A DNA stretch of 64,000 nucleotides from Euglena gracilis. Its lineage: Eukaryota. The stretch lies in NCBI GenBank assembly GCA_039621445.1, contig CP154954.1:35697703-35761702 (forward strand), written 5' to 3'. The position numbers and the translations under genes were made by a program. Below are positions 52,001 through 64,000 of the stretch, piece after piece (position 1 is the first letter of the stretch; every line of letters begins with the position of its first letter). A model generated the notes under the pieces. That model was not told the DNA's origin. It did no database searches and was given only the letters and a program-made list of their open reading frames with translations.

Positions 52001-55000
52001 GGCCTCCTGGAACACCCATTCGGTTACTCGGAGTAAGGCCTAATTTGGTCCATTTTTACATGGTAACCTGGGCTGACATGTAAAATGTCCACCGGAATGG
52101 TCGAATGCACCCATCTAAATGTGCTCATTCCTTACAACCAACATTCCCGCTGCACGTTTTTCTTCCCATTAAACCACCACAATCATGAAACCAACGGGTC
52201 CCCTGATTTTAAAGGCATCCTGGAACACCCATTCGGTTACTCGGAGTAAGGCCCAATTTGGTCCATTTTTACACGGTAACCTGGGCTGACCTGGTAAATG
52301 TCCCCCGGAATGGTCGAATGCACCCATCTAAATGTGCTCATTTCTTGCAACCAAAATTCCAGCTGCATGTTTTTCTTAACATTAAACCACGACAATCATG
52401 AAACCAACGGGTCCCCTGACTTTGGAGGCCTCCTGGAACACCCATTCGGTTACTCGGAGTAAGGCCCAATTTGGTCCATTTTTATATGGTAACCTGGGCT
52501 GACCTGGTAAGTGTCCCCCGGAATGGTAGAATGCACCCATCTAAATGTTCTGATTTATTGCAACCAACGTTCCCGCTGCATGTTTTCTTACCATTAAACC
52601 ACGACAATCATGAAACCAACGGGTCCCCTGACTTTGGAGGCCTCCTGGAACACCCATTCGGTTACTCGGAGTAAGGCCCAATTTGGTCCATTTTTACATG
52701 GTAACCTGGGCTGACATGGAAAATGTCCCCCGGAATGGTCGAATGCACCCATCTAAATGTTCTCATTTCTTGCAACCTACATTCCCGCTGCATGTTTTTC
52801 TTACCATTAAACCACGACAATCATGAAACCAACGGGTCCCCTGACTTTGGAGGCATCCTGGAACACCCATTCGGTTACTCGGAGTAAGGCCCAATTTGGT
52901 CCATTTTTACACGGTAACCTGGGCTGACCTGGTAAATGTCCCCCGGAATGGTCGAATGCACCCATCTAAATGTGCTCATTTCTTGCAACCAACATTCCCG
53001 CTGCATGGTTTTTCTCTAATTAAACCACGACAATCATGAAACCAACGGGTCCCCTGACTTTGGAGGCCTCCTGGAACACCCATTCGGTTACTCGGAGTAA
53101 GGCCCAATTTGGTCCAATTTTACGTGGTAACCTGGGCTGACCTGGTAAATGTCCCCCAGAATGGTCGCATGCACCCATCTAAATGTGCTCATTCCTTACA
53201 ACCAACATTCCCACTGCATGTTTTTCTTTCCATTTAAACACGACAATCATGAAACCAACGGGTCCCCTGACTTTGGAGGCCTCCTGGAACACCCATTCGG
53301 TTACTCGGAGTAAGGCCCAATTTGGTCCATTTTTACATGGTAACCTGGGCTGACCTGGTAAATGTCCCCCGGAATGGTCGAATGCACCCATCTAAATGTG
53401 CTCATTTCTTGCAACCAACATTCCCGCTGCATGTTTTTCTTACCATTAAACCACGACAATCATGAAACCAACGGGTCCCCTGACTTTGGAGGCCTCCTGG
53501 AACACCCATTCGGTTACTCGGAGTAAGGCCCAATTTGGTCCATTTTTACACGGTAACCTGGGCTGACCTGGTAAATGTCCCCCGGAATGGTCGAATGGCC
53601 CCATCTAAATGTGCTCATTTCTTGCAACCAACATTCCCGCTGCATGTTTTTCTTACCATTAAACCACGACAATCATGAAACCAACGGGTCCCCTGACTTT
53701 GGAGGCCTCCTGGAACACCCATTCGGTTACTCGGAGTAAGGCCCAATTTGGTCCATTTTTACATGGTAACCTGGGCTGACCTGGTAAATGTCCCCCGGAA
53801 TGGTCGAATGCACCCATCTAAATGTGCTCATTTCTTGAAACCAACATTCCCGCTGCATGTTTTTCTTTCCATTAAACCACGACAATCATGAAACCAACGG
53901 GTCCCCTGACTTTGGAGGCATCCTGGAACACCCATTCGGTTACTCGGAGTAAGGCCCAATTTGGTCCATTTTTACACGGTAACCTGGGCTGACATGGTAA
54001 ATGTCCCCCGGAATGGTCGAATGCACCCATCTAAATGTGCTCATTTCTTGCAACCAACATTCCCGCTGCATGTTTTTCTTACCATTAAACCGCGACAATC
54101 ATGAAACCAACGGGTCCCCTGACTTTGGAGGCATCCTGGAACACCCATTCGGTTACTCGGAGTAAGGCCCAATTTGGTCCAATTTTACGTGGTAACCTGG
54201 GCTGACCTGGTAAATGTCCCCCAGAATGGTCGCATGCACCCATCTAAATGTGCTCATTCCTTACAACCAACATTCCCGCTGCATTTTTTTCTTTCCATTA
54301 AACCACCACAATCATGAAACCAACGGGTCCCCTGATTTTAAAGGCATCCTGGAACACCCATTCGGTTACTCGGAGTAAGGCCCAATTTGGTCCATTTTTA
54401 CACGGTAACCTGGGCTGACCTGGTAAATGTCCCCCGGAATGGTCGAATGCACCCATCTAAATGTGCTCATTTCTTGCAACCAAAATTCCAGCTGCATGTT
54501 TTTCTTAACATTAAACCACGACAATCATGAAACCAACGGGTCCCCTGACTTTGGAGGCCTCCTGGAACACCCATTCGGTTACTCGGAGTAAGGCCCAATT
54601 TGGTCCATTTTTATATGGTAACCTGGGCTGACCTGGTAAGTGTCCCCCGGAATGGTAGAATGCACCCATCTAAATGTTCTGATTTATTGCAACCAACGTT
54701 CCCGCTGCATGTTTTCTTACCATTAAACCACGACAATCATGAAACCAACGGGTCCCCTGACTTTGGAGGCCTCCTGGAACACCCATTCGGTTACTCGGAG
54801 TAAGGCCCAATTTGGTCCATTTTTACATGGTAACCTGGGCTGACATGGAAAATGTCCCCCGGAATGGTCGAATGCACCCATCTAAATGTTCTCATTTCTT
54901 GCAACCTACATTCCCGCTGCATGTTTTTCTTACCATTAAACCACGACAATCATGAAACCAACGGGTCCCCTGATTTTGGAGGCATCCTGGAACACCCATT

Positions 55001-58000
55001 CGGTTACTCGGAGTAAGGCCCAATTTGGTCCATTTTTACACGGTAACCTGGGCTGACCTGGTAAATGTCCCCCGGAATGGTCGAATGCACCCATCTAAAT
55101 GTGCTCATTTCTTGCAACCAAAATTCCCGCTGCATGTTTTTCTTAACATTAAACCACGACAATCATGAAACCAACGGGTCCCCTGACTTTGGAGGCCTCC
55201 TGGAACACCCATTCGGTTACTCGGAGTAAGGCCCAATTTGGTCCATTTTTACGTGGTAACCTGGGCTGACCTGGTAAATGTCCCCCAGAATGGTCGCATG
55301 CACCCATCTAAATGTGCTCATTCCTTACAACCAACATTCCCGCTGCATGTTTTTCTTTCCATTAAAACACGACAATCATGAAACCAACGGGTCCCCTGAC
55401 TTTGGAGGCCTCCTGGAACACCCATTCGGTTACTCGGAGTAAGGCCCAATTTGGTCCATTTTTACATGGTAAGCTGGGCTGACCTGGTATGTGTCCCTCG
55501 GAATGGTCGAATGCACCCATCTAAATGTGCTCATTTCTTGCAACCAACATTCCCGCTGCATGTTTTTCTTACCATTAAACCACGACAATCATGAAACCAA
55601 CGGGTGCTCTGACTTTGGAGGCCTCCTGGAACACCCATTCGGTTACTCGGAGTAAGGCCCAATTTGGTCCATTTTTACACGGTAACCTGGGCTGACTGGT
55701 AAATGTCCCCCGGAATGGTCGAATGGCCCCATCTAAATGTGCTCATTTCTTGCAACCAACATTCCCGCTGCATGTTTTTCTTACCATTAAACCACGACAA
55801 TCATGAAACCAACGGGTCCCCTGACTTTGGAGGCCTCCTGGAACACCCATTCGGTTACTCGGAGTAAGGCCCAATTTGGTCCATTTTTACATGGTAACCT
55901 GGGCTGACCTGGTAAATGTCCCCCGGAATGGTCGAATGCACCCATCTAAATGTGCTGATTTTTTGCAACCAACATTCCCGCTGCATGTTTTTCTTACCAT
56001 TAAACCGCGACAATCATGAAACCAACGGGTCCCCTGACATTGGAGGCATCCTGGAACACCCATTCGGTTACTCGGAGTAAGGCCCAATTTGGTCCATTTT
56101 TACGTGGTAACCTGGGCTGACCTGGTAAATGTCCCCCAGAATGGTCGCATGCACCCATCTAAATGTGCTCATTTCTTGCAACCAACATTCACGCTGCATT
56201 TTTTTCTTTCCATTAAAACACAAAAATCATGAAACCAACGGGTCCCCTGACTTTGGAGGTCTCCTGGCACACCCATTCGGTTACTCGGAGTAAGGCCCAA
56301 TTTGGTCCATTTTTACATGGTAACCTGGGCTGACCTGGTATGTGTCCTCCGGAATGGTCGAATGCACCCATCTAAATGTGCTCATTTCTTGCAACCAACA
56401 TTCCCGCTGCATGTTTTTCTTACCATTAAACCACGACAATCATGAAACCAACGGGTGCTCTGACTTTGGAGGCCTCCTGGAACACCCATTCGGTTACTCG
56501 GAGTAAGGCCCAATTCGGTCCATTTTTACGCGGTAACCTGGGCTGACCTGGAAAACGTCCCCCAGAGTGGTCGCATGCACCCATCTAAATGTGCTCATTC
56601 CTTACAACCAACATTCCCGCTGCATGTTTTTCTTTCCATTAAAACACGACAATCATGAAACCAACGGGTCCCCTGATTTTTGAGGCATCCTGGAACACCC
56701 ATTCGGTTACTCGGAGTAAGGCCCAGTTAGGTCCATTTTTTACACGGTAACCTGGGCTGACCTGGTAAATGTCCCCCAGAATGGTCGCATGCACCCATCT
56801 AAATGGGCTCATTCCTTGCAACCAACATTCCCGCTGCATGTTTTTCTTTCCATTAAAACATGACAATCATGAAACCAACGGGTCCCCTGACTTTGGAGGT
56901 CTCCTGGAACACCCATTCGGTTACTCGGAGTAAGGCCCAATTTGGTCCATTTTTACACGGTAACCTGGGCTGACCTGGTAAATGTCCCCCGGAATGGTCG
57001 AATGCACCCATCTAAATGTGCTCATTTCTTGCAACCAAAATTCCCGCTGCATGTTTTTCTTAACATTAAACCACGACAATCATGAAACCAACGGGTCCCC
57101 TGACTTTGGAGGCCTCCTGGAACACCCATTCGGTTACTCGGAGTAAGGCCCAATTTGGTCCAATTTTACGTGGTAACCTGGGCTGACCTGGTAAATGTCC
57201 CCCAGAATGGTCGCATGCACCCATCTAAATGTGCTCATTCCTTACAACCAACATTCCCGCTGCATGTTTTTCTTTCCATTAAAACACGACAATCATGAAA
57301 CCAACGGGTCCCCTGACTTTGGAGGCCTCCTGGAACACCCATTCGGTTACTCGGAGTAAGGCCCAATTTGGTCCATTTTTACATGGTAAGCTGGGCTGAC
57401 CTGGTATGTGTCCCTCGGAATGGTCGAATGCACCCATCTAAATGTGCTCATTTCTTGCAACCAACATTCCCGCTGCATGTTTTTCTTACCATTAAACCAC
57501 GACAATCATGAAACCAACGGGTGCTCTGACTTTGGAGGCCTCCTGGAACACCCATTCGGTTACTCGGAGTAAGGCCCAATTTGGTCCATTTTTACACGGT
57601 AACCTGGGCTGACTGGTAAATGTCCCCCGGAATGGTCGAATGGCCCCATCTAAATGTGCTCATTTCTTGCAACCAACATTCCCGCTGCATGTTTTTCTTA
57701 CCATTAAACCACGACAATCATGAAACCAACGGGTCCCCTGACTTTGGAGGCCTCCTGGAACACCCATTCGGTTACTCGGAGTAAGGCCCAATTTGGTCCA
57801 TTTTTACATGGTAACCTGGGCTGACCTGGTAAATGTCCCCCGGAATGGTCGAATGCACCCATCTAAATGTGCTGATGTCATGCAACCAACACTCCCGCTG
57901 CATGTGCTTCTTACCATTCAAACCACGGCAATCAGGAAACCAACGGGTCCCCTGACTTTGGAGGCCTCCTGGAACACCCATTCGGTTACTCGGAGTAAGG

Positions 58001-59579
58001 CCCAATTTGGTCCAATTTTACGTGGTAACCTGGGCTGACCTGGTAAATGTCCCCCAGAATGGTCGCATGCACCCATCTAAATGTGCTCATTTCTTGCAAC
58101 CAACATTCACGCTGCATTTTTTTCTTTCCATTAAAACACAAAAATCATGAAACCAACGGGTCCCCTGACTTTGGAGGTCTCCTGGCACACCCATTCGGTT
58201 ACTCGGAGTAAGGCCCAATTTGGTCCATTTTTACATGGTAACCTGGGCTGACCTGGTATGTGTCCTCCGGAATGGTCGAATGCACCCATCTAAATGTGCT
58301 CATTTCTTGCAACCAACATTCCCGCTGCATGTTTTTCTTACCATTAAACCACGACAATCATGAAACCAACGGGTGCTCTGACTCTGGAGGCCTCCTGGAA
58401 CACCCATTCGGTTACTCGGAGTAAGGCCCAATTCGGTCCATTTTTACGCGGTAACCTGGGCTGACCTGGAAAACGTCCCCCAGAGTGGTCGCATGCACCC
58501 ATCTAAATGTGCTCATTCCTTACAACCAACATTCCCGCTGCATGTTTTTCTTTCCATTAAAACACGACAATCATGAAACCAACGGGTCCCCTGATTTTTG
58601 AGGCATCCTGGAACACCCATTCGGTTACTCGGAGTAAGGCCCAGTTAGGTCCATTTTTTACACGGTAACCTGGGCTGACCTGGTAAATGTCCCCCAGAAT
58701 GGTCGCATGCACCCATCTAAATGGGCTCATTCCTTGCAACCAACATTCCCGCTGCATGTTTTTCTTTCCATTAAAACATGACAATCATGAAACCAACGGG
58801 TCCCCTGACTTTGGAGGTCTCCTGGAACACCCATTCGGTTACTCGGAGTAAGGCCCAATTTGGTCCATTTTTATATGGTAACCTGGCCTGACCTGGTAAA
58901 TGTTTCCCGGAATGGTCGAATGCACCCATCTAAATGTGCTGAAGTCTTGCAACCAAGATTCCCGCTGCATGTTTTTCTTCCCATTAAACCACGACAATCA
59001 TGAAACCAACGGGTCCCCTGACTTTGGAGGCCTCCTGGAACACCCATTCGGTTACTCGGAGTAGGCCCAATTTGGTCCGTTTTTACATGGTAACCTGGGC
59101 TGACCTGGTAAATGTCCCCCGGAATGGTCGAATGCACCCATCTAAATGTGCTCATTTCTTGCAACCAAGAATCCCGCTGCATGTTTTTCTTCCCATTAAA
59201 GCATTGCAACCAACGTTCCCTCTGCATGTTTTTCTTACCATTGGAACACGACAATCATGATACCAACGGTCCCCTGACTTTTGAGGCCTCCTGGAACACC
59301 CATTCGGTTACTCGGAGTAAGGCCCGTTGTTACATTGTAACCTGGGCTGACCTGGTAAATGTCCCCCGGAATGGTCGAATGCAAACCATCTAAATGTGCT
59401 CATTTCTTGCAACCAACATTCCCGCTGCATGTTTTTCTTACCATTGAACCACGACAGTCATGAAACCAACGGGTCCCCTGACTTTGGAGGCCTCCTGGAA
59501 CACCCATTCGGTTACTCGGAGTAATGCCCAATTTGGTCCATTTTTACATGGTAACCTGGGCTGACCTGGTAAATGTCCC
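34002..59579 (+). repeat. ~213-bp tandem satellite, about 120 monomers
   Basis: CCCATCTAAATGTGCTCATTTCTTGCAACC... recurs every ~213 bp (e.g. 34001, 34214). Confidence 0.98.
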
Positions 59580-62500
59580 GGGGGAAAAAAACTTTTGCTT
59601 ACCATTACCATCCAGCCACCCTTTGGGCAGTATTAAAATCTCGAACCCAACTCTGACGACTGAATTACTATTTCTATCTTCGTCCCAAAAAAATGGCAAA
59701 TCATGTGGAATGCCCCATTCTACTTTTGGGACACCCTGGTGGATCACTTCACAAGAAACCCCGTCCCCTTTTTTGGGAGGTGAAAAAATGGAGCAAAATG
59801 GGTTAGGAAAAAGGGGCTGGGGACACACAATCACTTGGTCACTGGCCGGCCGCCCCCCTTTCCTGGGGACAGAGTGACTGTTCAGTCTCTGGCCTGGACT
59901 CCCCCCCGGGGGGCGTCAGTAAAAAAAAACACCAAAATGACCTGGAATTTTTTGGCTTTTTAAATTTATGGTCGAATTTCTCTTGGATTCCAGAGTGGCC
60001 AATCCATCCGGGTAGTGACTGACTGGTTTTCCAGGGAAAAAAGTGTATGAATGGTTCTTGGAAGAGTAAAAAAATGACCCTCTGCGTGGTTCAATAAAAC
60101 ATTTTGTGGCTGGGTCAGCCAGGCAATTTTTTTGTTCTTTTTTGGTGAAGGAGCTGCAACACACACCAATCTGAACCGTTGCTTGGCATTTGGGTTCACG
60201 TGTGCAAAATTGTGTCGAACTGCAAAAAAAAAACTCGACGCAAAGCGCCAGAAGGAAAAATTTGACGCTTTGGGGGGGTGAGGGGAGAGGGGGGACACCT
60301 CCCACTTAAACCCCATACACCCTTCTTCTCTCGAAGCCTGTCAGGCCCCAGCCAGCGCGAACAACTGCACGGGCAGGACGTAGAGCAAGAACCCAGAGGC
60401 CTTCAGCACCCAGTTGTCCGGCTTGGCCTTGGATGGGCTCCGGGCTGGGCCAGGCTGGCGCAGAGGGGACCCTGACCTCAGTCCTCCACAGCCTCGGGGG
60501 ACAATTGGGGATGAGACCACAGAAATGCAGAGGCAGCCGGGGCAGAACGGGAAGGACGGGAAGAACCCTCACCCAGGAGGTGGGGGGTGACGCCCCCACC
60601 CACCACAGCACCTTCACAGATTTTTCAACAAATTTTTCCGGGCGCCAAATTTTTGGGGTCAAAAATTGGTGCTACGGAAATACGGAAGGAGGTGGGGGGT
60701 CGACCCCCCCCACCCCCCACCCACCACCCTGGCTGTATGGCCGATTCCCGTTCTGCCCTGGGGGCAACCAGGAACAACACAGCCGTGGCAAGGCTCTGCA
60801 CCTCTGAGGAGATTCCCCTCACTGGTGGGATCAGGCCTTTGCTGAAAGACCCTCGGGGTGGAAGGGGGCGGTCGGTGTCAGGCACGTGACAAAGGAAGCG
60901 GCCCGGAGGGCCTGTCCAGACTTCCACGGCGGTTGATCCGGGTTGCATTGTGCCCCGCGTGAACGCGGGTTTCCATCTGTTGCCGGAAATGGAGGTTTGG
61001 GGAGCATCACGTTCCCGCACTCTCGATGGTTGTGTGACAAATTAGTGGGAGTGGGCAAATGGCAGTGACTCGATGGAGGATGCTGGGTAAGTCCCGGTCT
61101 TATGCAAAATAATTGTTTAAACAATCGACACATGTGGGCAGGAGATTACTCAAACAAGCAGGAGGCAATAGAACTGGAAGAAACTTTCTTGCAACAAATT
61201 TTTTACGGGGAGACAATTTGAATTGGTTCTTTTGATGAGTTCTTGGCTGAGCATGGGAGCTTTATTTTATGGCGAGCAGTTGTAACAAGCAAGAATGAGT
61301 ATGCAGAATTCCTGTTCATGTTTCTCAACCAAAAGAGTGGTCCAATAAAAGCAAAAAGTCAAAATACGAACACAAGAAACGACTCTGCGGTGCCGATTTC
61401 CCCCTCCCTGTCAAAAGGATTTAAATCTTAAATCTACTATCAATGGCATTTAAAACCAATGTCATCATTTTCATGTTAGATGCCAGCACGTTGGCATGGT
61501 TGGTGCTGCAACGCAACACCCAGATAATCACTCTGAGAAAAAGAAATACAGCGAGTGCCACAGGGGGGGGTCAAAAGCTTGGAAGGTGACACCAGGGCGC
61601 AAGAAACTACATTTAAAAACTGGTGGCATCGTTAACGGGAGAGCTTCGCTGACTTTCATTCAGTTTTCCCTGAAAATTGAATCACTGGTCGAGTGCTTGA
61701 AGGACTGCCCACTATCTGACGCACTGGCTTGAATGCCTCGAGGGATGCGCTTCCATGCAATGCACGGTGCTGGTTTGTACTGCATTGGCTGCCAACCTCC
61801 CACCGTACTTGCCCACCCCCCCCCCATATATTGCCCAACTTGTCGCCCCCGGTCAGTTGCCACCAATTTGTGCTGCCGAACGTCAATCAGCCCTTCCCCT
61901 CCCCCCGGGGGATCACGAAGCAGTGGCATCCCCAGACGTCAATGCTCGAAGAACTTGTAAGAGCGAAGCCCGGGCGGGCCTCCAGCAGGGGCTCCTCCGG
62001 CTCGGGGATGGCGGCGGACGGGTCTGTCAACCGCCCGTGGTGGACAGCCTGGGCGTCCTGCTGGGAAGACTGCAGGGCGGCGGTCGCGGCGGCGACGACC
62101 AGCCGGGCGGTGGGCGGTGGGCCGCGGGCGGGGAGGGTGGGCGACCGCTGGGGGTGGACGGGCGGGTGGGGGGACCGGTGGGCGGAAGCAATTGGCAACA
62201 ATTTGCAAGTCATCAGAAGGACAGGTGAGCGAGCGAGTGCAGAAGGAACGGGTTTGGTGTGTACCTTTCCAGGGGACCAGGGGCGTGACTGGTCAACTGG
62301 AATCAGCCACTGTTCACCGGCATGACTTTTGAGGAGGCTGTTCTGAATCTGAGAAGGGCAGATTGCAACACCTTCCCAAACTGCTCCTGGAAAAGTCAGT
62401 ATTCAGGAAAGCAGCTGACGAGCCTTGTGGCAAATATTTCTGTTTGGATTTAAACAGGAACGCTGATGCGAGAGGTTTTCAGAGGGTGTCAGCGCCAAGA

Positions 62501-63043
62501 GCACTGAAATCCTTGACTATGAAGAATGAACCCTTGCGTAGAGACAGTTCTTCAAAAGGGTAACAGAAAAAAATGCACAGCGCTCCACTTGGTGCCAGAA
62601 ACGAGCACTCATTTTTGAGAAATAGCCAAATGTGACAAGGGACAGCTCTGATGAAAGATCCATTCCTTTCAAATCTCTCCACAGCTGTTGGAGGAGATGG
62701 AAAAACCACCTCCTCGGAGGGAAAATTGTTGAAATGCGACATGGTTTGTGTTTTCAAAAATCGTATATCAAAGCAGCGTCTTACCAACGTTTCCAGAGAA
62801 TTATCAAAAATGCACAGCCAAAAGTGGCATATTCTAACAACAAAATATAATGCACGGCTTGGTTCTGCCAGCCCCTGGATGCGCTTAATGTGGGGGAAAT
62901 AATAATCTTCAAGGTCCCTGAAGACTCCCAGAGGTTCAGCTGACTGGCAGGAAAAAGGTGCTGGGTGGAACCCACCCCCTGGGGGGGGACCCAAATGGTA
63001 CAAAACTGGACAGAGCACAATTGTCCAGCTGTCCAAAATGTGA
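59580..63043. other. Unique 3.5-kb island with degenerate coding-like patches, unidentified
   Basis: Not repeated within the window; short stop-interrupted frames; a GC3-rich patch on the minus strand at ~61950-62150. Confidence 0.45.
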
Positions 63044-64000
63044 TTGCAAGAAATGAGCAGATTTAGATGGGTGCATTCGACCATTCCGGGGGACATTTAC
63101 CAGGTCAGCCCAGGTTACCATGTAAAAATGGACCAAATTGGGCCATACTCCGAGTTACCGAATGGGTGTTGCAGGGAGGCCTCCAAGGTCAGGGGACCCG
63201 TTGGTTTCATGATTGTCGTGGTTTAATGGTAAGAAAAGCATGCAGCGGGAATGTTGGTTGCAAGAAATGAGCACATTTAGATGGGTGCATTCGACCATTC
63301 CGGGGGACATTTACCAGGTCAGCCCAGGTTACCATGTAAAAATGGACCAAATTGGGCCTTACTCCGAGTAACCGAATGGGTGTTCCAGGAGCCCTCCAAA
63401 GTCAGGGGACCCGTTGGTTTCATGATTGTCGTGGTTTAATGGTAAGAAAAACATGCAGCGGGAAGGTTGGTTGCAAGAAATGAGCAGATTTAGATGGGTG
63501 CATTCGACCATTCCGGGGGACATTTACCAGGTCAGCCCAGGTTACCATGTAAAAATGGACCAAATTGGGCCTTACTCCGAGTAACCGAATGGGTGTTCCA
63601 GGAGGCCTCCAAAGTCAGGGGACCCGTTGGTTTCATGATTGTCGTGGTTTAATGGTAAGAAAAACATGCAGCCGGAAGGTTGGTTGCAAGAAATGAGCAG
63701 ATTTAGATGGGTGCATTCGACCATTCCGGGGGACATTTACCAGGTCAGCCCAGGTTCCCATGTAAAAATGGACCAAATTGGGCCTTACTCCGAGTTACCG
63801 AATGGGTGTTCCAGGAGGCCTCCAAAGTCAGGGGACCCGTTGGTTTCATGGTTGTCGTGGTTTAATGGTAAGAAGAAACATGCAGCGGGAAGGTTGGTTG
63901 CAAGAAATCAGCACATTTAGATGGGTTCATTCGACCATTCCGGGGGACATTTACCAGGTCAGCCCAGGTTACCATGTAAAAATGGACCAAATTGGGCCTT
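63044..64000 (-). repeat. Same ~213-bp satellite in inverted orientation (runs off the window)
   Basis: TTGCAAGAAATGAGCACATTTAGATGGGTGCATTCGACC is the reverse complement of the monomer. Confidence 0.98.

Noticed and set aside
61140-62960. Possible transposase or gene remnants in AT-richer parts of the island
   Set aside because: Short stop-interrupted frames with no motif I can recognise; needs BLASTX/HMM search.
34002-64000. Satellite as a CRISPR array or a repeated gene family (many 60-130 aa ORFs)
   Set aside because: Monomers are contiguous with no unique spacers, there are no cas genes, and the ORFs are chance translations of the monomer.

Overview
Eukaryotic, repeat-only window that looks pericentromeric or heterochromatic; I found no recognisable intact host gene. 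(1) 1-11.6 kb: compound microsatellites flanking two inverted copies of a ~2.3-kb non-coding, TIR-like element with long hairpins. Much of the (GAG)n/(GAC)n/(CAGGAG)n here is a + strand T->G transliteration of (TAT)n/(TAC)n/(CATTAT)n, most likely a base-calling effect and possibly caused by modified thymine. (2) 11.6-34.0 kb: three nested copies of an unusual Ty3/gypsy chromovirus-type LTR retrotransposon. The near-complete copy (17198-34001, minus strand, 409-bp LTRs) has a ~1350-aa Gag ending in a UAG followed by an MLV-like readthrough signal. Its Pol order is protease - Cys-rich linker - Dam-like N6-adenine methyltransferase fold (HPPP in place of NPPY) - RT - RNase H - integrase - chromodomain. 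It also carries a ~5.5-kb extra ORF of unknown function with a RING-like Cys cluster, non-canonical GTGTAC...GTACAC termini and a duplicated 28-nt tRNA-iMet-like PBS. (3) 34.0-64.0 kb: a ~213-bp satellite array (~120 monomers, local higher-order repeats) that reverses orientation across a 3.5-kb unique island. All domain calls come from motif recognition by eye; no database searches were run.
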